Under the pieces are notes generated by a model. The model was not told the DNA's origin and made no database searches. It was given only the letters and a program-made list of their open reading frames with translations. Shown here piece after piece: positions 1 to 8,237 of a DNA stretch of 64,000 bases; positions within the stretch are counted from its first letter, which is position 1, and every line of letters begins with the position of its first letter. This DNA comes from a virus (lineage: Duplodnaviria > Caudoviricetes): positions 1-64,000 of the IMG/VR virus record IMGVR_UViG_641201006_000001. The stretch is one strand, 5' to 3'. Both the position numbers and the translations under genes were made by a program.

Positions 1-353
1 GGAGCAGGGAGAGAAAGGGACGAAAAGAAAACTATTTCGCCCATATACGTTCGTCGATTGCCCGATGATGCGTGCGAACGCAATCATATAAAGCATCAAG
101 CGTGCGAATGCGTTTCGAATGAAAGCAATGCGACGCAAAATGAAGATGCCATATATACAGGGACGACGAACCATAACTGGTAGAGCGTACCAGTTGTACA
201 AGAACGACGCTGGGTGGTGAACGGCTCGCTCTGCTCGCCGTCGTAGGTCACTGCGTTTCCCCACAACACCCTTCCTGCGAATACGCCGGAGGCGGGGTAT
301 CACACAAGCAGAACCTCTATTGACTGCGAACACGGTCTGAATGTACGACCGTA

Positions 354-1100
354 CTACGCTCCACATCTTAACCATGCATCTCTTATTTCATAACCGGTTG
401 GCTGACGTTCATTGTTGCTAACGAACAACTCACGAAATTCGACCAACCACGATGCATCTACTGTTCCGCTGTATCTTGTCACTAGAGTATTTTCCTTACG
501 CTCCGCAGGACTCACATTCTCCTGCTTCGGTTTATTATGCGTCTGTACTCGCTTACGCTCCTCTTGTTTTACTCGTACGGATGCTGGCATCTTACGTACT
601 CGGACTAACGCTTTTACTATGCGTGCAATGTCACCATGCACTCCATTACTGAATGGCTTAAATGAATCAATCGCTGACTGTATCATCATTGGTTTCATAG
701 GTTTCCCATCCACCTTTATATATGGTCGTGCATCAGATGGATTCCATCCAATCTTAACTGTTACTCCCTTTTGTTTGAAGACAACGCCCAGCTCGTTGCT
801 ACGCACATACTCAAATACTTTCGTGTACGCTGGTGCTGTCTTTTCTTCCGGCTCGCTGTCGCTCGCCGAATCATATCCTAGTTCCTCTGCTACATAGAAG
901 TCATTCAGACACTCTATGCAAATGTGTCCATCATCCTCTGTGTAACATAGGTGACGAGACTCCTCATTGCAGAGTTCACATTGCTCGCTGACGCTCGCAA
1001 GTTTTACAGTCATCACTTTATAACTACGACCAAGTTTCTTTGTTTTCCAATCCATCCATAATACATATCTCTCTTCATTCACTACTGTTAAATTCATCAT
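354..1100 (-). CDS. Hypothetical early protein with a Cys/His Zn-finger-like motif
   Basis: ORF 354..1115; GGAGG SD precedes ATG at 1100 (MMNLTVV). Motif CELC..HLC..HICIEC. Confidence 0.8.
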   Translation of the reverse strand: MMNLTVVNEERYVLWMDWKTKKLGRSYKVMTVKLASVSEQCELCNEESRHLCYTEDDGHICIECLNDFYVAEELGYDSASDSEPEEKTAPAYTKVFEYVRSNELGVVFKQKGVTVKIGWNPSDARPYIKVDGKPMKPMMIQSAIDSFKPFSNGVHGDIARIVKALVRVRKMPASVRVKQEERKRVQTHNKPKQENVSPAERKENTLVTRYSGTVDASWLVEFRELFVSNNERQPTGYEIRDAWLRCGA

Positions 1101-1135
1101 TTTAAATTCCTCCAATTTATATGTTTTTTGTTTAA

Positions 1136-1835
1136 AGCCGGGGACTCATTAGTGGTAGCCTGTTCAGGGCATCTCAGACTTCACCAATCGTGTCCATGAA
1201 GTTGCTAGGTCAACTGACACTGACTGAACAACTCCGTAGAGATTGTTTTCACATGTGCGTGCGTTATGTCTTCTAGTCATGACGTACTCTCCCTCGACCA
1301 AGAGTTAGAGTCGGCGTCCTAGCTTCTTGCACTTCCCTCGAAAGGGTGGCTATCCACTAGGGGCGTCCTCCATTCTTGTTAGTACGGAGAGCAGCAATGA
1401 CATACATGATGTCACGCAATGAGGACTCGTGTTGTCTTAACCCGAAGCAATCTGTGTCCTCACTGCTTCGGGATGTTAGCTGGTTGCTAAGTTTCCTAGT
1501 ACCATGTTTGTCCGCTACCCTATCGCGCTATCACTGATTACGGAGTGACCATCCGGGATACTGAATAAATGCTACATATATCTCACGACATACTGCATTG
1601 CCTGATTCCTCAACAGATCTCTTGTTTATACCGACGTTGATTCAGACGTCGAGGCATACTTGTGAAACGGTGGATGCTTACCGTGCCTGATAGGTCGCTA
1701 CTCGTCTACTGTTATGAGTAACAACGATGTTAGGTCTGATGATTCTACGAGGGCAACCAACCCTCCTCTCTGGTGTAGTTATAGTTGACACCATAAGAGA
1801 CACGATATGCTCATGTCTCCTAGCTACCAACTATA
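1136..1835 (-). ncRNA. Putative large structured non-coding RNA (family not recognised)
   Basis: No ORF >=60 aa; GC-richer than flanking genes; more than 12 stems. G-U pairs and UUCG/GUGA loops favour the minus strand. Long-range helix 1150-1160/1348-1359; pseudoknot 1420-1426/1456-1462. Confidence 0.65.
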
Positions 1836-3488
1836 TTACTGACGACCTAACAACATAGCTTCTAACTGTGTATTTAACGCTTCTTCATCTCCTGTCTCAT
1901 GGAATAGTGCCATCGCATCACACAATGGTGTTGATACTAACTTCTCTGCTGTCATTCTTAATACGCCGTTGTCATCGAAGTCTACATCAGCTACTTGTTC
2001 ATGATTGTTGTACGGCCATAACACTAAGTCTTTTGATACGAAGCCACTGTTCATCATGTTCTCTTTTGTATATACGGTGTATCCTCTCTTACGTAATGTA
2101 TCAGCAACGATTTCCACACTGCCTTTATACTCAACACGACCTGTATATAACTCTTCAATGAATAAGGAATGATCTTCACCAATGCGGATTAAGAATCTAC
2201 CACCCCATCTGTTTTCACCTTCATCGAAATAGCCAACGATTGTCGCACCGGATACATTACCCAACACACCGATGTTGTTGTCATTCACCTTACCTAGTTC
2301 CCACTTCATACATGACGTCCACTCCTTATCTGTTGATACACGTAGTAGATCATCCTTCATACCACTGAACTTCACATGACCTGTCTTCTTCGTATTACGT
2401 GTTTCTACAATGTGTTTTACTTTGCCTAATGGAATACGAATGTCATCACCCAATATTTCCATCACTTGCGGAAACTCTTTTTCAATTCTGTTGATATACT
2501 TCACGACGCTGATCTTTCTGCCATCATCTAGTTGTACCTTGTTCTCCATGAAATCATCCTCATCTAATCGTTGTAATCGTAATAGTCTCATTTGGAATAT
2601 TACTGTGTGTTTGTGTAATGGATTCTCATAATCGACACGCAATGCACTTGATACATCTCGCAATGCTGAATGGAACATCTCATGTGAGTGATTGATTAAC
2701 TCAATGTCGAATGAATCTACAAGCAATGGATGTGCTGCTACTTGTTTGTGATTCGCTATCTTCATCATGTGATTGATTAATACTCTTGGATTGTTATCTA
2801 ATCGTGCTAAGTAATACATATCAACCATCATCACATTACCGATGTCGTACTTACCTGTGAATGTCATCTCTCTATCTACGTATGCATACTTCTTAGTTAC
2901 ATAGTTTTGTAGAACACCTTGTTCATATAGATACTCACAATAGTCTCTGCTTAACTTGTATTCATGTCCGAGTTTGAATCCATACTTCTTCGCACATAAT
3001 GATGCTCTGATATAACCTGTTGGTTCGAACTTGAGTGGACGAATGATACGTTGTTTGAATCCAATCTCTGCTGGTTCTGTGATAACAACCTTGCCGTCGT
3101 AGTAACATGCAGTGATGTTAATGTCGAAGTCCTCTTGTACATACTGACGAATATCATCTGTGTTCACCATCATGATCTCTACACGATACTTACCTATCGT
3201 ACCTTTTAATACTGATACAATTTTACTGATCTCAATGACACGTACTGATTCATCATCATCTTCTACTGTGATACTTGGACGTTCTCTGATTACCTCGCTG
3301 AACATAAAGCCCTTGCTTAATACGTGATATAATACCTCTGACTTACATGCGTCGGATGTAGATACGAACACATCAATGTCATTAGGTTCTTTACCCATCA
3401 ATGCATCTAATACACATCCACCTGCGATAATACCTTTGAAACCTTTTACCACTTTGTATACTTCTTTAATACCTGTACTTGCTGTCAT
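1836..3488 (-). CDS. Class II nucleotidyltransferase (CCA-adding/poly(A) polymerase head-like) fused to an uncharacterised C-terminal domain
   Basis: IIAGGCVLDALMGKEPNDIDVFV matches the GG.VRD...P.DxD motif A; EDFDINITACYYD corresponds to RRDFTINA. AAGGAG SD upstream. Confidence 0.8.
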   Translation of the reverse strand: MTASTGIKEVYKVVKGFKGIIAGGCVLDALMGKEPNDIDVFVSTSDACKSEVLYHVLSKGFMFSEVIRERPSITVEDDDESVRVIEISKIVSVLKGTIGKYRVEIMMVNTDDIRQYVQEDFDINITACYYDGKVVITEPAEIGFKQRIIRPLKFEPTGYIRASLCAKKYGFKLGHEYKLSRDYCEYLYEQGVLQNYVTKKYAYVDREMTFTGKYDIGNVMMVDMYYLARLDNNPRVLINHMMKIANHKQVAAHPLLVDSFDIELINHSHEMFHSALRDVSSALRVDYENPLHKHTVIFQMRLLRLQRLDEDDFMENKVQLDDGRKISVVKYINRIEKEFPQVMEILGDDIRIPLGKVKHIVETRNTKKTGHVKFSGMKDDLLRVSTDKEWTSCMKWELGKVNDNNIGVLGNVSGATIVGYFDEGENRWGGRFLIRIGEDHSLFIEELYTGRVEYKGSVEIVADTLRKRGYTVYTKENMMNSGFVSKDLVLWPYNNHEQVADVDFDDNGVLRMTAEKLVSTPLCDAMALFHETGDEEALNTQLEAMLLGRQ

Positions 3489-3516
3489 GTTTATTCTCTC
3501 CTTTTAATTTAAATAA

Positions 3517-3539
3517 GGAGCCGAGATATACCCGACTCC
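3517..3539 (-). terminator. Hairpin / possible intrinsic terminator
   Basis: Minus strand GGAGTCGGG-TATAT-CTCGGCTCC followed by TTATTT. Confidence 0.5.
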
Positions 3540-3550
3540 GATGATTGTTA

Positions 3551-4225
3551 TTATTTATTTAATACTTCTGCTACTTTCAGTTTCCATACACCTCTTGTTG
3601 GCTTACCTTGTTTACCTAAGTCTCTCATGTATGCTTGATACCCACTGTTGAACTTACTACCTACCTTCTTGAACTTGTTCGCTGCATATACTTCTGCACC
3701 AATCTCTTTATGTGCTTCGATGATAAGATTAGAGATTCTTTCATCCATTGCTGATTCATATACTTTAACTTCCTTCACTTCCTCTTCTTCTTCCTGTGGA
3801 GTGATAACAGGCTCTTCTTGTTGTGGCACGATACTTACTTGTCCTTGCATCATACCTTCCACGATACCACGCATGATACCTTGTACTGCATCTGCTAATT
3901 CCTCTTGTACAACTTCTCTTACTGTTGCTCTGATCTCCTCTTTAAACACTGGCATTACATCCTCTCTAACTGTTTTGATGATTGTATTCTGTACGTTGTT
4001 TGCCCACATTTGTGTTAGTGTCCCAATACTATCACGAGCGATAACAGCGAATATATCCTCTGTTGATACTGGCTTCTTCTTAATAGTTGATACGATTTCT
4101 TTTGCTACTTCCATTTCAGTTTTCTGTTTTAACTTACCTGCACGAATGATTTCTTCATCACGCTTGTTTGCACCATAACGTTTATTCCATCTGTCTAACC
4201 CTGATTGTGTATTCTTCATAGTCAT
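3551..4225 (-). CDS. Hypothetical early protein (helical, acidic linker)
   Basis: 224-aa ORF, GGAGG SD, start overlaps the upstream stop. Confidence 0.85.
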   Translation of the reverse strand: MTMKNTQSGLDRWNKRYGANKRDEEIIRAGKLKQKTEMEVAKEIVSTIKKKPVSTEDIFAVIARDSIGTLTQMWANNVQNTIIKTVREDVMPVFKEEIRATVREVVQEELADAVQGIMRGIVEGMMQGQVSIVPQQEEPVITPQEEEEEVKEVKVYESAMDERISNLIIEAHKEIGAEVYAANKFKKVGSKFNSGYQAYMRDLGKQGKPTRGVWKLKVAEVLNK

Positions 4226-4569
4226 TAGATTGTATCCTCCTGTGTAGATGCTGTTTCAGCCATCATCATTATTTGTTCAAACATAATCTCGAATCTTACT
4301 TCACTTCCTCCATTACCTTGTGCATTCAGTCGAATACCATGATGTGCATACATTTGTTTAATAATCTTTGCTTCATTTGTGCTTTTTAATCTTACGTTTG
4401 TTTTGATTCTTGTTACAGTCAATCTGTCGATACCAAGAGATAACATGTACGATACGCAATCTTTTAAATAAGCCTTAGCTTCTTGTTGTTGGTCTAGGAT
4501 TAGCTTTTGTGCTACGTTGTGTGATAATACCCCTTCAATCATTGAGATTGTTTCATTTGACAACTTCAT
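4225..4569 (-). CDS. Hypothetical early protein
   Basis: 114-aa ORF coupled to both neighbours by TAATG overlaps. Confidence 0.8.
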   Translation of the reverse strand: MKLSNETISMIEGVLSHNVAQKLILDQQQEAKAYLKDCVSYMLSLGIDRLTVTRIKTNVRLKSTNEAKIIKQMYAHHGIRLNAQGNGGSEVRFEIMFEQIMMMAETASTQEDTI

Positions 4570-5594
4570 TATTCCTTATCCCCTTTACTAATTAGTTCAC
4601 TTGTTGCACGTAATGTTCCTGATGCTAAATCCACTCCTGCATGACCTACTTCTCCGCCTAGCTTGATAACTGTTCTACCGGCACGTTCTGTTACATTCAA
4701 TACTTCTCTTGTTAAGCCGAGTGCAGATTCTAATACACTGTTTAATAATTGTGTTCCTCTGTCTACACCTGCATGACCGTACTTATCTACTACAGCAGCT
4801 CCTTTCAATAGCCCTTGTGCGGCACTTAATGTTAAACCTTTGTACTTCGTTCTGATTAATTCCTGTACATCACCTCCCTTCAATGCATGTAATTTCTCTT
4901 CCACTGAACGGTACTCTAATACTAGTTCGTTGTACTTTTGAGGCTTAGTGATATTCTTGTTCATCTCTTGTTGAATATGACCTAGTTGTTTATCTAGCCC
5001 ATCAATGACCTTTTGCTTATCCCCTTCTGTTAATACCAATTCCTGTACTGCTTCTTCTACTACCTGTATGCTATCCTCTGCTACTGCCTGTGCTGTTGCA
5101 TCTGTTACTTGTTGCATCTTCTCTGCTGCCATAGCCAATACTTCTTGTTCTTTCTTAGCTAGTGCTTGTTTCGTTAACTCTCTATGCTGTGCTGTTAGTT
5201 CTTCCTGCATTGCTTTAACCTCTTCCTCTGTGTATACCTTACCTTCTGTTGTTGCTGCTACTTGTTCTTTAGCCATGTTCATTACCTCCATTTGTTGTTG
5301 TATTGCAGTGAATTGATTGATGATCTCTTTCAGTATCTCTGTACGCATACCCATGTTGACGTTAGCACCTAAGTTGTTAGCCTGTTGTACTAGTGATAAT
5401 CGTTGACTATGCATTACTGTTACTCGTTGATATAGCTTGATGATGTTCTCTTTCTTTGTTCTATCACCTTGATACTCTACTAATTGTTTTTCTGCTACTA
5501 CCTTGATGTTTAAGCCCATATCCTTACATAGCGCCCCTGTAATACGGTTAATATCCTTTACTGTCATACCTTCGATTGTTTTTAAGTCTGTCAT
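4569..5594 (-). CDS. Hypothetical coiled-coil protein
   Basis: 341 aa, E/Q/A/K-rich helical sequence, AAGGAG SD. Confidence 0.85.
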   Translation of the reverse strand: MTDLKTIEGMTVKDINRITGALCKDMGLNIKVVAEKQLVEYQGDRTKKENIIKLYQRVTVMHSQRLSLVQQANNLGANVNMGMRTEILKEIINQFTAIQQQMEVMNMAKEQVAATTEGKVYTEEEVKAMQEELTAQHRELTKQALAKKEQEVLAMAAEKMQQVTDATAQAVAEDSIQVVEEAVQELVLTEGDKQKVIDGLDKQLGHIQQEMNKNITKPQKYNELVLEYRSVEEKLHALKGGDVQELIRTKYKGLTLSAAQGLLKGAAVVDKYGHAGVDRGTQLLNSVLESALGLTREVLNVTERAGRTVIKLGGEVGHAGVDLASGTLRATSELISKGDKE

Positions 5595-5615
5595 AATAAT
5601 TAGCTCCTTTTATAA

Positions 5616-5762
5616 TTAGTTGTTTTTGTTTTTATTGATTAACTCACCTAGTGTTGGTGCTAGTTTAATACCTTGTTTCTTTTTGACTATGCTAGTTGAT
5701 ACCTTACCGATACCTGCTTTCTCCACTGTGTTAATGAATGTAACTACTGCTCTCTTCTTCAT
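5616..5762 (-). CDS. Small basic hypothetical protein (48 aa, below the ORF-track cutoff)
   Basis: GGAGGAG SD then ATG at 5762: MKKRAVVTFINTVEKAGIGKVSTSIVKKKQGIKLAPTLGELINKNKNN*. Fills the gap between two minus-strand genes. Confidence 0.7.
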   Translation of the reverse strand: MKKRAVVTFINTVEKAGIGKVSTSIVKKKQGIKLAPTLGELINKNKNN

Positions 5763-5774
5763 ACCTAACTCCTC

Positions 5775-6395
5775 CTATGCAAATAAGTTTTTAATCTTAC
5801 CTAATAGACTACTGAATACACCCTGCTTACCTTCTCCTGGTGGTAATTCATTGTTGTCCTTTAGTCTCTTGATGTAGATGATACGTTTCTCTAACTCAGG
5901 TACTAGATGATGGATACCTAGTCTGATACCCTCTGCTCTCATGATGTTAAGCATTAGTAATACACTCTCCTTTCCACACTGTTGTACTGCATACTCATCA
6001 CACTTAAACTCTTGCTCTGTCACCTCGTGCTGTTCTGTTAGATGTCCAGTAGGATACATGATATGACCTAGTTCATGAGATACTAGTGCTTGTCTTACAT
6101 ACTGGTTACTGTTGAATGATTTATAGTCATATACAATAATCATGTAATCTAAGTAGTATCCTGTTAGTTCAGCGATTTGTTCATTGTCATACACTGTCAT
6201 CATTACAGTTAAGATACGAGTGTCGATGTGGTGCTTCTCGATGTCCTCAATGGATAGTTGATGATGACTTGCTAAGTCTTGTGGTTGTTCGATGATAGCA
6301 ACATGTTCTGTCTTGCCGTTGATGTTTACAGTGAATACTTCTTTCACCGATTGTCTTACTTCCATTACTTCTGCTTGCGTTAGTTTGTCTGTCAT
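5775..6395 (-). CDS. Zincin metallopeptidase (HExxH; M48/ImmA-IrrE-like)
   Basis: ALVSHELGHI...EFKCDEYA = HExxH plus downstream E..(A/C)D..A; GGAGG SD. Confidence 0.8.
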   Translation of the reverse strand: MTDKLTQAEVMEVRQSVKEVFTVNINGKTEHVAIIEQPQDLASHHQLSIEDIEKHHIDTRILTVMMTVYDNEQIAELTGYYLDYMIIVYDYKSFNSNQYVRQALVSHELGHIMYPTGHLTEQHEVTEQEFKCDEYAVQQCGKESVLLMLNIMRAEGIRLGIHHLVPELEKRIIYIKRLKDNNELPPGEGKQGVFSSLLGKIKNLFA

Positions 6396-6606
6396 TTGTC
6401 ATTCCTCCATTAGTTTAGGTGTAGTCAAAAGGGGTGGGGCATGAAACAACCCTATACCCCCATTGCTATATATAAGACGTGGTACTCCCCAAAAATATCT
6501 GTAATTTTTTCGCCTATAGGGAATTTCCATATCGTACCAGCCGACTCCTCTTCTTTAGCATGTTGTCGTCGTCGGCTGTAGAATGTTACAAATATGTGCC
6601 GAACTG

Positions 6607-6636
6607 TTGTCAGAAGACTGTATCCTGTGCTACGCT
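6607..6636 (+). promoter_or_regulatory. Putative sigma-A-type promoter
   Basis: TTGTCA-18 nt-TACGCT with extended TG, upstream of the first plus-strand gene. Confidence 0.45.
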
Positions 6637-6670
6637 AGGTGCAGGGAGATAATCGAGGAGGACTGTAACA

Positions 6671-7285
6671 ATGGATGGAGATACTATCGGTGGAGAAGAA
6701 TCGTTTGTAGAGGTTAAGGTAGCGATGGATCACGAAGAGAAGAAGTCGTTCATGTCTCGTCCGGGACTGGATGCGAATGGAGTAAGTAGGTTTGTATTAC
6801 CAAACGGTGGAGATATGAATGTCATCGTCCACGGCAGGGTCGCACACGAGGTAGACGAGATTCTATTCGAAGAGAAATTACCTAGTATGATGAAGACGTC
6901 GAATGAAGACGGTACATTAGAAGCGCCGATAAAAGGTTGTATGACTACAATCTTAGATGGCTCTCACGATCAGATACGTGATGATATTCGTCAAGGCATT
7001 ATGCGTACCGAAGAAACGATTCTCGGTAAACCGGACTCTATACTTGTCGCTGACTTTTGGGTAGAAGAAACTCAAAGAGGTTATCGTGCATCATTCCGTG
7101 ATGTGAAGTTTACGAAAGTAAAGAATGATTTCAATCGTATGGATATCGTATTGACGAATCGTTTCTTCTTTGAAGCGCAGGACGTTGTGTTTACGCCGTA
7201 CAAACGTGATGAAACTGGATGTGTCTCCGTAGCGTTAAGCAAGGAGACAGAAGAAAGATTAAAGAGGATGGTGCTAAATGGCTAA
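6671..7285 (+). CDS. Hypothetical protein
   Basis: 204-aa ORF with GAGGAGG SD. Confidence 0.8.
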   Translation: MDGDTIGGEESFVEVKVAMDHEEKKSFMSRPGLDANGVSRFVLPNGGDMNVIVHGRVAHEVDEILFEEKLPSMMKTSNEDGTLEAPIKGCMTTILDGSHDQIRDDIRQGIMRTEETILGKPDSILVADFWVEETQRGYRASFRDVKFTKVKNDFNRMDIVLTNRFFFEAQDVVFTPYKRDETGCVSVALSKETEERLKRMVLNG

Positions 7286-7547
7286 CATTCAATTCTTTCG
7301 TAAGATGTTAGATGAAGACTTAGGTCATCCTGAGAAGATCATCTTGCCTGATGGCAAAGAGGTTTTATGGAACGAGGAGAGTCAGACGATAGACTTAGAC
7401 TCATTACAGCCGTACATCGGAGAGCAATTGGATTACTACGAAGATGGCGTGTATAAATGGTCTGCGAAGATCGAAGTGATTAAGCCGACTAAAGATGGCG
7501 TGAACGCAGTTCACGTTGATATTAATAGTATTAAAAAGAACGATTAA
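7278..7547 (+). CDS. Hypothetical protein
   Basis: 89-aa ORF overlapping the upstream stop. Confidence 0.75.
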   Translation: MANIQFFRKMLDEDLGHPEKIILPDGKEVLWNEESQTIDLDSLQPYIGEQLDYYEDGVYKWSAKIEVIKPTKDGVNAVHVDINSIKKND

Positions 7548-7558
7548 GTATATATGGG

Positions 7559-7912
7559 GTGATGACGATGACTGAGCAAGACATCAATCGCATCCGTTAT
7601 CTCTCGCAGGAACTCGGATTATTTGACGATGAAATTGCAGAGCAGATGGATGTTCACCGAGTTACGGTGAATCGTGTACGTATCAAACACAATATACCCC
7701 GCCCAAATTTAAGTAATAGAGTAGATAAAAAACAAGTTTGTAAACGTTGCGGTCACGTTGATCTGATACCACGACATAGACGTAGAAGGAACTTATGTGT
7801 ACTATGTAAATCGGATTCGTTACAGGAGTTGCAACAGAAGAAAAGGGACTATATGAGAGACTACAATAAAATTAAAAAACATTCCGCAGGAATGTTGCAA
7901 AATGGTAGTTAA
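7559..7912 (+). CDS. HTH plus Zn-ribbon DNA-binding protein (putative regulator)
   Basis: DDEIAEQMDVHRVTVNRVR HTH; CKRC...CVLC. Likely start ATG 7568. Confidence 0.75.
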   Translation: MMTMTEQDINRIRYLSQELGLFDDEIAEQMDVHRVTVNRVRIKHNIPRPNLSNRVDKKQVCKRCGHVDLIPRHRRRRNLCVLCKSDSLQELQQKKRDYMRDYNKIKKHSAGMLQNGS

Positions 7913-7924
7913 ACTAGGTATAGT
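7895..7924 (+). promoter_or_regulatory. Putative sigma-A-type promoter
   Basis: TTGCAA-18 nt-TATAGT; -35 overlapped by inverted repeat AACATTCC-GCA-GGAATGTT. Confidence 0.5.
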
Positions 7925-8055
7925 AGAAGATGAGGAGCGGTCTATCCTCATTACATAATGAGAGAAGAATAAAGGGCGACTCTAGTCTCGAACAAACCAT
8001 TGTGGAAGTGTCGAAGGAACTAGTAGTCGTCTTTTATGTTATGGAGGGATAAGTT

Positions 8056-8235
8056 ATGAGCCAAGACATGAAGTACAAGCCATCTCCAAAGAAATGCCCT
8101 CCTCCATTACCTGTTGCACCGAAAGTACGCATCGTAGAAGATGGAATGAGCGCAACTGCTATGGTAATCCTTTCGTTATCAATACCTTTATTGATTATGT
8201 TGGTTGCCGGCATTCTTGAGGTTATAGGAGGATAA
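8056..8235 (+). CDS. Small membrane protein (59 aa, below the ORF-track cutoff)
   Basis: GGAGG SD; MSQDMKYKPSPKKCPPPLPVAPKVRIVEDGMSATAMVILSLSIPLLIMLVAGILEVIGG* with a C-terminal hydrophobic helix. Confidence 0.65.
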   Translation: MSQDMKYKPSPKKCPPPLPVAPKVRIVEDGMSATAMVILSLSIPLLIMLVAGILEVIGG

Positions 8236-8237
8236 TT

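Larger units (their letters stand above)
1..6480. repeat. Probable left long terminal repeat / early (host-takeover) region; boundary approximate
   Basis: All genes to ~6400 are minus-strand and the strand flips at ~6420-6670. I recall a ~6.5-kb terminal repeat for phage 0305phi8-36. The second copy is outside the window, so the repeat itself cannot be seen. Confidence 0.5.

Noticed and set aside
412-897. Plus-strand 161-aa ORF and the many other antisense or overlapping ORFs in the track
   Set aside because: Shadow frames of real genes; no SD sequences and atypical composition.
1136-1835. Group I/II intron, tmRNA, RNase P or tRNA identity for the structured region
   Set aside because: It does not interrupt a gene. 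I found no ordered P7 R/S elements, domain V, tRNA-like ends with CCA, or GAGGAAAGUCC motif.
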